Source: Terriglobia bacterium
GTDB lineage: Bacteria; Acidobacteriota; Terriglobia; Versatilivoradales; Versatilivoraceae
Reading direction: 5' to 3'
NCBI GenBank assembly: GCA_965215235.1
Contig: OZ244053.1
Span: 4,844,760 to 4,908,759 of the forward strand
DNA length: 64,000 nt
This document shows, in pieces, positions 36,824 through 46,243 of this stretch. A program made the position numbers and the translations under genes. The notes beneath the pieces were generated by a model, which saw only the letters and a program-made list of their open reading frames with translations, was not told where the DNA came from and ran no database searches. Positions within the stretch are counted from its first letter, which is position 1; every line of letters begins with the position of its first letter.

Positions 36824-38404
36824 ATGGCATCTCGCTATGTCACATTGCCTGCCGCCATTGTTTGGGGGTGCCTTTCTGCTTACTCGCAGGCGTCGCAGCT
36901 TACCATTGAAGAGGCTTGGAATGAACTGCTGGGCGATTCTGCCCAACGGGCTTCCAAGGATCTCCTGGTTTCCACGAGCCCCCCGCCATCCAAGAGCGAC
37001 ACGCAGGAGTTCGTCGACCACTTTTTCTTTAATACCCGCTCCGAATATATCCGTCAAGAAATGACCTTCAGCGGTCTGCCCACCGTGACCGGTGTCGTCG
37101 ATGGTGAACCGGGCCAAGTGGCTAATCCTGGAGCCATTCCTTTCCCCGGAGCCTTTCAGCCTAATTCTGACCATTTTTACTCTTCAATGAATTGGGGAAC
37201 ACGGGGTTGGCTTTCACCACGAGTCAACACCAATTTCTCTTTGCGCTATCGACAAGATCTTTCTATGGTGGATATCGGTTCGCCCTCTCAAACTGTCGTC
37301 AATACATTTCTCTCGAATCGCCTCTTGGAGTTGACCACTGGTGTGGTGGAGTTGCAGGGATTAACCAAGCAGGGAACTCTTGCTAATTCGATCCTCCGAC
37401 TGGGGCGTCAACATATCTACGGGGCGGAGATGGCAACGGTGGACGGCTTCTCATTGACTTTGAATCAGGCCAAGTACTCGGTAAGCCTATTTGGAGGGCG
37501 GCGCTTTACCTACTATTCCAATCCTGAACAGCGGGCCATGGGGGGAGGTAGCTTTGGCTTTCGACTACCCGGAGGCACCAGTTTCGAGTACCAGGGATTG
37601 TTTTATCTCAAAGGAATCCACCGGTTCGTTATTCGCCAATCATTTGAATCCGAGTGGTTTGTCGGTGCTCACTTCAAGATGATTGCCTCCAAGGCGGTTG
37701 ACTTTGGCGCCCAAATTAGTTACCTGCCAGCCGATGGTCGTACAGAAGCAAGGTTCGCCTTTGCGCAGAAGCTATCCAATCACGATTTCATCTATGACTA
37801 TACCTCTCGCGTCAGAGATCGACATCCCTTCAACCGCGTGAGCCGACTAAATTTCGGTACTGTTTCACCCTACCGGAAGTTTTCGATCGAGGCCCATCGC
37901 CAGATTCTGCCGCTCATCAGGTTGGGGGGAGTTATGTGGGTCCGTCGCTTGGACAACGAACAGAACACCGGCCCTTTTGACACCTCATTCGGGGACTATC
38001 GGACCCACCTGCAGCTATTTCCGCTCCAACGGTTGACCTTGCTCCTTGAATTTCATCACCGCAACACGAACCGCCCTAGCCCATTCGGGATAGAGCAGTT
38101 TGATGACGTGCGAAACGCCGGTGAAACGCGTATACAGGACGTCAGCGCTGAAATCAGCCAATCCTTCGGGGAGGACCGACTGGGCATCACGCTCGGGATC
38201 TACCATCGGGACATTGACTTGCAGAATCGATTTTTTTTCATTGACAAAGCCCGTGCTCTCGGTGCGATTGGTGGCATATTTTGTCGGTTGAATCAGCGGA
38301 CCCGCCTATACTTCCGATATGGTTTGGATGATGACTTCTATATTTTCAGGCCCAGCCTGCAACGATTCCAAACCTATCGCATGGGATTGGACTGGCGACT
38401 GTAA
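36824..38404 (+). CDS. Putative outer-membrane beta-barrel protein (526 aa)
   Basis: The signal peptide MASRYVTLPAAIVWGCLSAYSQA is followed by SQ. The sequence has many short alternating hydrophobic/polar strands rich in Y/F/R/G (..NFSLRYRQDL.., ..YSVSLFGGRRFTYY.., ..LYFRYGLDDDFYIF.., C-terminus ..YRMGLDWRL). No recognisable enzymatic motif is present. Confidence 0.55.
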   Translation: MASRYVTLPAAIVWGCLSAYSQASQLTIEEAWNELLGDSAQRASKDLLVSTSPPPSKSDTQEFVDHFFFNTRSEYIRQEMTFSGLPTVTGVVDGEPGQVANPGAIPFPGAFQPNSDHFYSSMNWGTRGWLSPRVNTNFSLRYRQDLSMVDIGSPSQTVVNTFLSNRLLELTTGVVELQGLTKQGTLANSILRLGRQHIYGAEMATVDGFSLTLNQAKYSVSLFGGRRFTYYSNPEQRAMGGGSFGFRLPGGTSFEYQGLFYLKGIHRFVIRQSFESEWFVGAHFKMIASKAVDFGAQISYLPADGRTEARFAFAQKLSNHDFIYDYTSRVRDRHPFNRVSRLNFGTVSPYRKFSIEAHRQILPLIRLGGVMWVRRLDNEQNTGPFDTSFGDYRTHLQLFPLQRLTLLLEFHHRNTNRPSPFGIEQFDDVRNAGETRIQDVSAEISQSFGEDRLGITLGIYHRDIDLQNRFFFIDKARALGAIGGIFCRLNQRTRLYFRYGLDDDFYIFRPSLQRFQTYRMGLDWRL

Positions 38405-38486
38405 CGGCCAAGGGGGACAGAAAGACAGGTTGTAGCGGGGAACCCGCCATGAACGTCACTTCGAAAAAATAGAAATCGAGAGTTTT

Positions 38487-39808
38487 TTGGTAATCCGTGG
38501 ATTCATCAGTAAGGAAAAGCGTCAAGTCCGACTCATCTTGGGTTTCCTGCTGGCCATTGCTTCGCTCCTCTTGATCTTCTACCTTGCGGCAGGGCTAGGC
38601 CAGCCCCGCCCATCCGACTACCGCTTGCATGATTGGCATGTGGGTGAGCTGGTGATGGGCTGCGACGACTGTCACGTTCCAGAAGAACAGGGCTCAGTCG
38701 TCTTGCGCCGGCCGGGGCCACGCTCAATGTCTTTCATGCCACCAGGACGACTTTCAGATAAAACCGGACGCTGAGGTGTGCCAGGTGTGCCATGCTTCTT
38801 TTCCACCGACGGGGTCCGGGGATTTGCTTTCTTACCCTCGGTTCACCAAAAACCAAGCCATCCTTTTTCGCTTTTCACACGCGCAACACGTGGATAAAAA
38901 GGCGCGGCTGAATCCGAGCACGGGGTTCCGTGCCGACTGCACCTTTTGTCATAAGTTTGAAGGAGATGGAGTCTTCGCCGGATTCCCAGGTCACGTTGAA
39001 TGCGCTGCTTGTCATTCCAAGCCGAACATCTGGCCACGTCTGACCACGCAGTCCACGACGACCGATTGTCAGAACTGTCACAATGCGACTGAGCAAGACA
39101 ATCCGGGCTTCAGTAAAGACCGCCGACTAACGGGACCGCACCGCGCCTCAGGAGTGGCGGTGAATTTGAAATTCTCCCACCTGGCCCATTTGCGAAACAG
39201 GGGTGAAGAGCATTTTTCTTGTATCACTTGTCATTATGGGATCACTCACAGTCAGAGCTTGGCGGATCTCAATCATCCCCAGATGCTGGACTGTGTGGCT
39301 TGTCACGATGGAAAACAAGAGTTGGTGTCGCATTTCAAAATGGCCGACTGCCAAGCCTGCCACGTCGACCCCCAGAGCGGAGCGGTGCCTGTCAGCCACA
39401 CCCGGAACCTGAAGCCCCTCTCTCACACGGAAAGTTTCCGCAGAAATCACCAAGACCAAGCATCGGCAGGCAATGCCAAGTGCTTTGTTTGTCATACCAA
39501 TGTTTCTCCTCCCCTTCGTGGCGGCGGAAATTGCATTGCTTGCCATCAGGTGATGCGACCGCTATCGCACACCGCACGCTGGCGAGATACCATCCACGGA
39601 AAATATGCAGCGCTGGACCGTCAGGGCCTGCGCCGTTTGTCACACTGCTGACAGTTGTTCGAGATGCCATAACCAACTTCCAAGAAGCCACGTACCTCTC
39701 GCCTTGTTCAAAGCTGGGGCCCATGCCAACCTGGCCACGCTTGAGTTGCGGTCCTGTTTTACCTGCCATACCTTTGAAGACACCTGTGCGGTTTGCCATG
39801 TGCGTTAG
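38487..39808 (+). CDS. 15-heme c-type cytochrome (c7/c3-type repeats) with N-terminal membrane anchor; two apparent frameshifts (approx 38690-38715 and approx 39620-39630)
   Basis: Fifteen CXXCH motifs lie across three collinear frames: CDDCH | CLSCH CQVCH CTFCH CAACH CQNCH CITCH CVACH CQACH CFVCH CIACH | CAVCH CSRCH CFTCH CAVCH. It has F.H..H spacers (FSHAQHV, FSHLAHL) and the anchor LILGFLLAIASLLLIFYLAAG. Length is 3n+2. Confidence 0.75.
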
Positions 39809-39863
39809 CCTGGGTTACTCAAGGGGGTCTTTGAAATTGAGGAACCGGGGACCGGTTGGGCGT

Positions 39864-39972
39864 GGCGGAGTTCTGATCAAGCCTACGAAAAACCGTAGTA
39901 TTTACTCGACGATTTGTATCAGCCGTCGGGGCCGTTTCTTTTCAGTTAAGCTATTCAATTGATTCGGCTTGG
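39864..39972 (+). repeat. Conserved ~105-nt intergenic element, copy 1 (partner at 48096-48202)
   Basis: Hand alignment pairs AGCCTACGAAAAACCGTAGTATTTACTCGACGATTTGTATCAGCCGTCGG... with AGCCTACGAAAACCGTAGCATTCACCAGACGATTCGTACCGGCCATCGG... Identity is roughly three quarters, in the same orientation. It contains the CTACG-N5/6-CGTAG hairpin. Confidence 0.7.
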
Positions 39973-40329
39973 TTATGGTGAGTCTATTGATGGGTACAGG
40001 ACGGGCGGCAGTAATGAGAGTCATTGAATTCAGTTTTTCGTAGATTTGGATGCCGGGCTTCCAGTCCAGCCAAGTATAAATAGTGGTTAAACCACAGAAA
40101 AGATTAACCTTAAACGTAATGGTCGCCATTTGTTGGACTTTGGCAATACGATTGCACGACTTCACTAGGTTTGTGGACTAGTGGAGAATTAACCACAGTT
40201 AAGGGTTGCTCATGATTCAGGGGGGGAGAGGGAGACCGGGTCTAAGGGCCAAGCCAAAGGCAGGTCTTGTCTTACAACTCCCCGTGACTGCTTGACTTTT
40301 AACTGCTTAACCTGAGGGGGTAAACACCG

Positions 40330-43300
40330 ATGCAACATTTTCTGAAAGGGGCGAGCATTGCTTTTCTGTTCACCCTGATTCTTTCATTGTCATCTCTGCC
40401 CTTGGAGGCCCAGGAATATACGGGCATTCATGGGAATGTCGAAGACGAAACCGGTGCCAGGGTGACTCAAGTCGAGATCACGGCCACCGAAGAATCGACC
40501 GGGATCACACGCTCGACGATCAGCAACGAGGTGGGGATCTACGAACTGCGCGGCCTGCCGCCCGGGACCTACACCGTCTCGGCCGAGTTGGCAGGGTTCA
40601 AGGCCTATACCAATAACGGAGTGATCATCTACGCGGGACGCCCCCGGCGCGTCGACATCGTGCTGGAAGTGGGCGACGTCACCGACACCATCACGGTCTC
40701 GGAGGAAGGCGCTGTGATCGAAACCGATAAATCCAGCATCACCTACACCTTGCCGTACAAGGAGGTGGAGGCCTTCAGGATTGCCGCCAGTCTGATCTAC
40801 ACGGTGGGGAACAATCCCGGGGCCGAGAATCGCAGCCAGGTTCATGGAGCCTTCGCCAACAACACCACCTCTTTGCAGGACGGCGTGGCCACCAATGCCT
40901 ACGGCACCTTCCGGGCGCCTCAGGAACTGGTACAGGAGATCAATCAGGTCTCGCTGAACGCGCCGGCCGAATACAAGACCGCCACCACCATCAACGGGGT
41001 CGGCAGAGGCGGCACCAATCAGTTTCACGGTGAGATCTGGATGCAGTTGGACCATCCCCGGCTGCGGGCATTGACGCTCGGCCAGACGAGGCATCCTCCC
41101 GCCAAGCCGGGCGTCCGGTGGAACTACATGGGTTCGGGTCCCATCTACATTCCCAAGGTCTACGACGGACGGGACAGGACCTTCTTCCACTTCTACGTTC
41201 AGCCCAATTCCAGCGACCAGAAAGCTCCGATCAGTAACTACGTCTACCCCACGGCGGCCATTCGTGGCGGGGATCTGACCGAGGTCGTGCAGCAGCAGTT
41301 GAAGGGAAAGCCCGTCATCAATCCCTACACGGGTGAGCCTTTCGCCAACAACATCATTCCTTCCCACATGCTCAGCCCGGTGGCGCTGGCGGCTTTAAAC
41401 TACGCTCCTCTGCCCAATGCTTCGCACCCCGCGGGCACTCTGGTCGACAATACGCGTGGGTTTCAGTTCGGGACCAACGTGGAGAAGGACTGGCACCTGC
41501 GGCTCGATCACGCCATCACCGACTCGAACACCATCTCCTTCAACCACTACGGCTACAACCGGGTCCTGAATGAAGGCAACACGATTTCACTCGAGACCTG
41601 GATCGGTGACAACGCCACGCGCATGTGGAGCATCCAGGACTCGCACATGTTCTCCCCGACGGTGATCAACGAGTTCATGTTCGGGACCAACGATCAGGGA
41701 TACGTGACCCGGGGTGCGACCACCGATGGCAACGCCCTGCTCAGTGAGTTCGGCATCGACCTCGGGGGACGCACGTCTCCGGCCGGACCCGGATGTCCTC
41801 AAATCTACACGGGGCTCTGGGGATTCCAGCCGGGCGCCCTGTCAGGTTCCTTCTCAGCGACGGAACTCACCTTTCCCTTCCTGGGACGCTGCGGTGCGGG
41901 CGGTTCCAGCAGCAACCCCAAGGTTTGGGTCATGAAGGACAGCGTCTCAATGAACCGGGGCGCCCATCTCATCAAATTCGGGATCGAGGCCAACTGGGAG
42001 CGGCCGTTCGGGTCGGGCAACAGTTCAACGTCCTGGGGTGAGTATCACTTCACCGGCCATTACACCGGGAGCGATATCGGCGACTTTCTGCTCGGAATCC
42101 CACGCGAGACGGCGATCGCGACCTCCCGCCCCGACGTTCGTGCCCGGGGGTTCGACTTCGGTGTCTTCGCCCAGGACGACTGGAAGGTGACCTCGCGCCT
42201 GACCATGACCTACGGCGCTCGCATCCAGCACTATGGCGCTCCTACGGAGGCCAACGGCCTCTTCTACAACTTCGACTTCGACAACCTTCAAGTCGTGGTT
42301 CCCGACAACTCCATCGACCGGGTCGTTCCGGTATGGCCGAGAGCGCAGATTCCGGTGGTCAAGGCCAGCGATGCCGGCTATCCACAGAGCCTGGTCAACT
42401 TCAGTACGGCGCACATCTCTCCCCGGTTCGGACTGGCCTATCGCATCAACGATTGGACCGTGATCCGAGCCGGATACGGGGTTTATCACGTGCCCTTCGC
42501 CATTGCCGGCGCGGATGCGAGTGGCCTCGGGCGGGCTGGATGGCTGGGAGGCCGCGAGGGAGGACCGTTCGCCGGGTCGGAATCGTTCGGACCCAACGAG
42601 ATCGTCGACGGCAAGCCGGTGTTGACGTTCAAGAACCCCTTTCTGCCCGCCGGCAGCGGCGAAATACCCAGGCAGGGTGTGCGGGGGATACCTCTCAACA
42701 GTCGTAGTGACGCTTGGGCTTACGACCAACAGTGGAACCTGACCCTGGAAAACGATCTGGGCGACGGCTGGGCGACACGGGTTTCCTACGTGGCTTCCAA
42801 GGGGACCAGTTGGCCTTACCGGAGCAACTTACAGACTCCCGCGCCCAGCACGATTCCGTTCGATGATCGGACCGACAAGTTCCCCTGGGGCGAAAACTTT
42901 TCTTTCGTCGACCGGCACGACCTGGGAGGCACCGGCAGCTTCCACAGCCTGGAGTTGGAAGCGACCCGACAGTTCAGCCGGGGAATTTATCTGCGAAGCT
43001 GGTTCGAGTGGAAAAAGAACCTGGCCGATGTCATCCCGGGATTGTTCTCATCCAGCATCGGCTTTGAAGCCGAGGATCCACTCGACCGTAAGCGCGACAA
43101 GGGCATCCAGAACGGTATCCGCCGGCAGCGCTGGCATGTGGCCGGGGTCTGGAGCCTCCCGGTGGGTCAAGGGGAGCGCTTCGGTAGCGACATGGGTGGC
43201 GTCCTCAATGGCCTTGTGGGCGACTGGACGGCGGCCTTCAAATTCACCGGTGGCTCCGGAACGGCCTTCACGCCGAGCTACTCCGGTTCGGATCCCTCCA

Positions 43301-43677
43301 ACACCGGACGCTCCGGCGGACGGCCGGATCAGTTGTGCAATCCCAACGGCTTCGGCCCCACACCCGGCCGAGGGTGGAACCCCGCCTGCTTCGCCATTCC
43401 CGAGGCGGGTATTGGCCGCTACGGCAACGCCAGCCGCGGGATGCTGATTGCTCCGCGTGACTGGGGCACCGAACTCAATCTCTTCAAGCGGTTCAACTTG
43501 ACCAAGTACGAGAACGGCCCTTACTTCAATTTCGAGACCTACATCAACAATCTCTTCAATCACCGCAACGCTTCCGGTCCTTCCTCGACCAACATCTCCG
43601 CTGCCAACTTCGGTGTCTTCCAACCCAGCGGATGGGAAGCGCGCCGCATCGTGTTCCGTCTCAGGCTCGGCTTCTAG
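40330..43677 (+). CDS. TonB-dependent outer-membrane receptor with N-terminal carboxypeptidase-regulatory-like domain (Acidobacteria type)
   Basis: The ORF is 1115 aa with signal peptide ..LSLSSLPLEAQE. The CarboxypepD_reg-like segment is GIHGNVEDETGARVTQVEITATEESTGITRSTISNEVGIYELRGLPPGTYTVSAELAGFKAY. A long beta-barrel region ends in ..RIVFRLRLGF with a terminal Phe. Confidence 0.85.
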   Translation: MQHFLKGASIAFLFTLILSLSSLPLEAQEYTGIHGNVEDETGARVTQVEITATEESTGITRSTISNEVGIYELRGLPPGTYTVSAELAGFKAYTNNGVIIYAGRPRRVDIVLEVGDVTDTITVSEEGAVIETDKSSITYTLPYKEVEAFRIAASLIYTVGNNPGAENRSQVHGAFANNTTSLQDGVATNAYGTFRAPQELVQEINQVSLNAPAEYKTATTINGVGRGGTNQFHGEIWMQLDHPRLRALTLGQTRHPPAKPGVRWNYMGSGPIYIPKVYDGRDRTFFHFYVQPNSSDQKAPISNYVYPTAAIRGGDLTEVVQQQLKGKPVINPYTGEPFANNIIPSHMLSPVALAALNYAPLPNASHPAGTLVDNTRGFQFGTNVEKDWHLRLDHAITDSNTISFNHYGYNRVLNEGNTISLETWIGDNATRMWSIQDSHMFSPTVINEFMFGTNDQGYVTRGATTDGNALLSEFGIDLGGRTSPAGPGCPQIYTGLWGFQPGALSGSFSATELTFPFLGRCGAGGSSSNPKVWVMKDSVSMNRGAHLIKFGIEANWERPFGSGNSSTSWGEYHFTGHYTGSDIGDFLLGIPRETAIATSRPDVRARGFDFGVFAQDDWKVTSRLTMTYGARIQHYGAPTEANGLFYNFDFDNLQVVVPDNSIDRVVPVWPRAQIPVVKASDAGYPQSLVNFSTAHISPRFGLAYRINDWTVIRAGYGVYHVPFAIAGADASGLGRAGWLGGREGGPFAGSESFGPNEIVDGKPVLTFKNPFLPAGSGEIPRQGVRGIPLNSRSDAWAYDQQWNLTLENDLGDGWATRVSYVASKGTSWPYRSNLQTPAPSTIPFDDRTDKFPWGENFSFVDRHDLGGTGSFHSLELEATRQFSRGIYLRSWFEWKKNLADVIPGLFSSSIGFEAEDPLDRKRDKGIQNGIRRQRWHVAGVWSLPVGQGERFGSDMGGVLNGLVGDWTAAFKFTGGSGTAFTPSYSGSDPSNTGRSGGRPDQLCNPNGFGPTPGRGWNPACFAIPEAGIGRYGNASRGMLIAPRDWGTELNLFKRFNLTKYENGPYFNFETYINNLFNHRNASGPSSTNISAANFGVFQPSGWEARRIVFRLRLGF

Positions 43678-43704
43678 GAAGACCCATAGCCTGATCCATG
43701 ACAG

Positions 43705-43745
43705 AAAGCCCCGTGCAACCGCATCATGCACGGGGCTTTTTGTTT
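43705..43745 (+). terminator. Rho-independent terminator downstream of the TonB-dependent receptor gene
   Basis: AAAGCCCCGTGCA (43705-43717), loop ACCGCATCA, TGCACGGGGCTTT (43727-43739) form a 13-bp stem whose 3' arm runs into TTTTTGTTT. Confidence 0.85.
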
Positions 43746-44229
43746 CCGGGCCTCTTCCAGACGAAGCTCCCAGTCGTTCATCAGGTCAAAGATTTGTTCT
43801 ACCCGGACATCGAAGAAACCCCAGCTGCAGCAGGTATTTCCCTCTTGGGAGGGGTGGCGCGCGCACAGGGGGCGCCGAGGTGGATCATACAGGATGAAAT
43901 TTCTGGATGGTTATGGCCTGTAACAGTGGCGCAAGCCGTGGCAGCGGATAGCCATTGGCTGAAGCCCGGTATGAGCCCATGGAATTCGACAATCCCCATT
44001 TTCAGTGAGTCGTGAATGTAGCGCCGGCATTGGTAGAGAACCAGGGAGCGTCCGTGAAGTATAAGGAAAAGCATAGCTCAGTTTCCGCGACGCAGGAACG
44101 ACGCGTGCGAGGCCCTTCCCTTCCGACACCTCAGGACCTCCCCTGTTTTTCCCGCAGTAACCACTTTTGACCATTTTTGTTATTCTTGCTAGGATGAACG
44201 ACAGATCCATCTCTGTGGAGGTCTGATTC

Positions 44230-44502
44230 ATGAATGTGTCTCTCACCTCAGAACTTGAAGCGTTTGTGGCAGCCAAGGTGCAAAGTGGGCGCTACCATTC
44301 GGCTAGTGAGGTGATCCGTGAAGCATTGCGGCTACTCGAAGAGCGTGAGCAACTGCGAGCCATCCGCATTCAGGATCTCCGTAAGAAAATTGGCGAAGGG
44401 CTAGGGCAACTTGATCGTGGTGAAGGTGTTTCCGGCGGCCAGGTATTCTCCGAGCTGGAGGCTGAATTGGGTACCCTGGAACAAGCACACTGCACAGAAT
44501 GA
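44230..44502 (+). CDS. parD: ParD-family (CC2985/COG3609-type) type II antitoxin
   Basis: MNVSLTSELEAFVAAKVQSGRYHSASEVIREALRLLEEREQLRAIRIQDLRKKI.. is the canonical ribbon-helix-helix ParD signature. Confidence 0.85.
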   Translation: MNVSLTSELEAFVAAKVQSGRYHSASEVIREALRLLEEREQLRAIRIQDLRKKIGEGLGQLDRGEGVSGGQVFSELEAELGTLEQAHCTE

Positions 44503-44790
44503 GTCGATACGTTCTTTCCCCAGCCGCAAGGCAAGACCTGAAAGAGATTCAAGCCTACATTGCACGGGACAGCATCCGCGCCGCCCGACGCGTAATCACT
44601 GAACTTCGCATGGCTTGTGAACGTCTTGGACAGAGCCCCCCTGATGGGACATATTCGTGAGGATTTAACCGCTCAACAGGTGCTTTTCTGGCCAGTGGGA
44701 GTGTATACCATCATCTATCGCCCTAGGACCACACCTCTGGAAATCGTCCGGGTGTTGCACGGATCTCGGGACATCCCAAGTCTGGTGTGA
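44499..44790 (+). CDS. parE: ParE/RelE-family type II toxin; frameshift at the C6 run 44636-44641
   Basis: An ATGA overlap links it to parD. The sequence MSRYVLSPAARQDLKEIQAYIARDSIRAARRVITELRMACERLGQSP continues, after a 1-nt shift, as LMGHIREDLTAQQVLFWPVGVYTIIYRPRTTPLEIVRVLHGSRDIPSLV*. It is not in the ORF track because each piece is under 60 aa. Confidence 0.75.
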
Positions 44791-44806
44791 AGCATAGGGG
44801 CAACGC

Positions 44807-46040
44807 ATGCGTCGTCCTTACCTTGTTACCCAAGAACGTCCCCTGTTTTTTCCTCCACTGAAGCGGCGGATGCCGCGTCAGCCTATAGCCGCGGGCGTGA
44901 GCCCATGGATAACTTTCAACCAGCGTCACGTCTTGGCGGTCTTTCTCATCCTTGCGCTCTGTGTCCCGCTGTTCCCACAGGGGCGGGCGTATCAGAATGC
45001 TCTGGAGAGCTACCAATCGGAACGTTACCTGGAGGCGTTGGCGGCCATTCAGAAGGCTCTGGGCCAAGATAAACACAAAGCCTCCCACTACCTTCTTCAG
45101 GCCAAGATCCTCTCGGCGCTGCGCCAGTTCAGTGATGCCGAGGAGAGCTTGCGCCGAGCTATGGAACTGGAGCCCGGGTGGGTGGAGCCTTACTACGAGT
45201 TGGGGGTTCTCTTGTTCAGGCACAGCAAGTTCCAGAAGGCAGCGGCGATGCTCGCCCAAGGAGTCGAACGGGAACCCGATTCGATCAAGACTCGTTTTCT
45301 TCTGGGGATCAGCTATATGCAGATCAACCTGGACGGAGCAGCCATGGAGCAGTTCAAGGCCGTGGAGCGAGCCGATCCGAACTACCCCGCGGTTCATCAC
45401 AGCATCGGACGGGTTTACTTTCGTCAGGGCAGGGACAATGAGGCGATTGAACGCTTCAAATCCGAGTTGGTGAACAACCCCAATCATGCTGCGGCCAGGT
45501 TTCTGCTGGGCAAGGTTCTGCTGAGAACGGGACAGGAAGAAGAAGCGGTCGTCCATTTGCTGGCTCTTCAGGGAAAAGAAGTCGGTCAAGCCCAGTTGCA
45601 ATACTTTCTGGGTTCTGCTTATAGCCGCTTGGGGAAACCAGCGGAAGCCGTGGAAGCGCTTCTCAAAAGCATTGCCCTCAATCCAGCCTTCTATGAATCG
45701 CGTTACCTTCTGGCCCGGCTCTACCTCGAAACAGGGCCAGCCCGATCTGGCCCAAAAACAAATGGCCATGTTCGAGAAATTGCGGCAGAGAGAAGGGCGG
45801 GGAAAGGCGGTCGACGCCAAAAAGTTCGACAGGGAAAATCAGGAATTCGTTCAAGCCGACAGCGATGCCAATGGCAAGTTGACGCCACAAGAGTTCGAGG
45901 GCTTCGTCAATACTCGAGTGAAGAATTTTGAAAAGCATGACGAGTTCTTTCAGGGACTGGACCGCAATGTCAACGGCTTTCTGGATAGTCAGGAATTCAG
46001 CCGGCGATTCGAAGTGCTGGCAAGACTTCAAGGCAGATAG
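44807..46040 (+). CDS. TPR-repeat protein, type II paralog B, with a C-terminal EF-hand pair; frameshift near 45734-45743
   Basis: The TPR body is alignable with 50430..51353. After ..YLLARLYLETG the frame of track ORF 45672..46040 continues as ..PDLAQKQMAMFEKLRQREGRGKAVDAKKF..DSDANGKLTPQEFEGF..LDRNVNGFLDSQEFSRRF, giving two DxDxNGxhxxxEF loops. Length is 3n+1. Confidence 0.7.
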
Positions 46041-46243
46041 GGAACCCAGTGGGGTTGGCCAAGATAAAGAGACTTTCGACCCCGGTAGTCCGAAAAGGAC
46101 GTCCGGCGGTAAATTGCCCCGGGCGTTCCCTGCACAGACCATTGGCTCGGGTCCAGGGGGCCGCGGTTACAGCCGAGTTATCCGGGCGGGTTCTTTTGGG
46201 TGAGAATGGTGATCTCTTGGCCTGGGATTCGATCCGGGCCAGG

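Noticed and set aside
43799-44074. Small minus-strand ORF (91 aa) with ..CMIHLGAPCARATP.., faintly reminiscent of the C.IY..RP..CR.YP motif of YkgJ/UPF0153 Fe-S/zinc proteins
   Set aside because: The N-terminal CxxCxxCC motif is absent. An alternative frame looks equally protein-like, and a frameshift would have to be invoked. The evidence is too weak to call.
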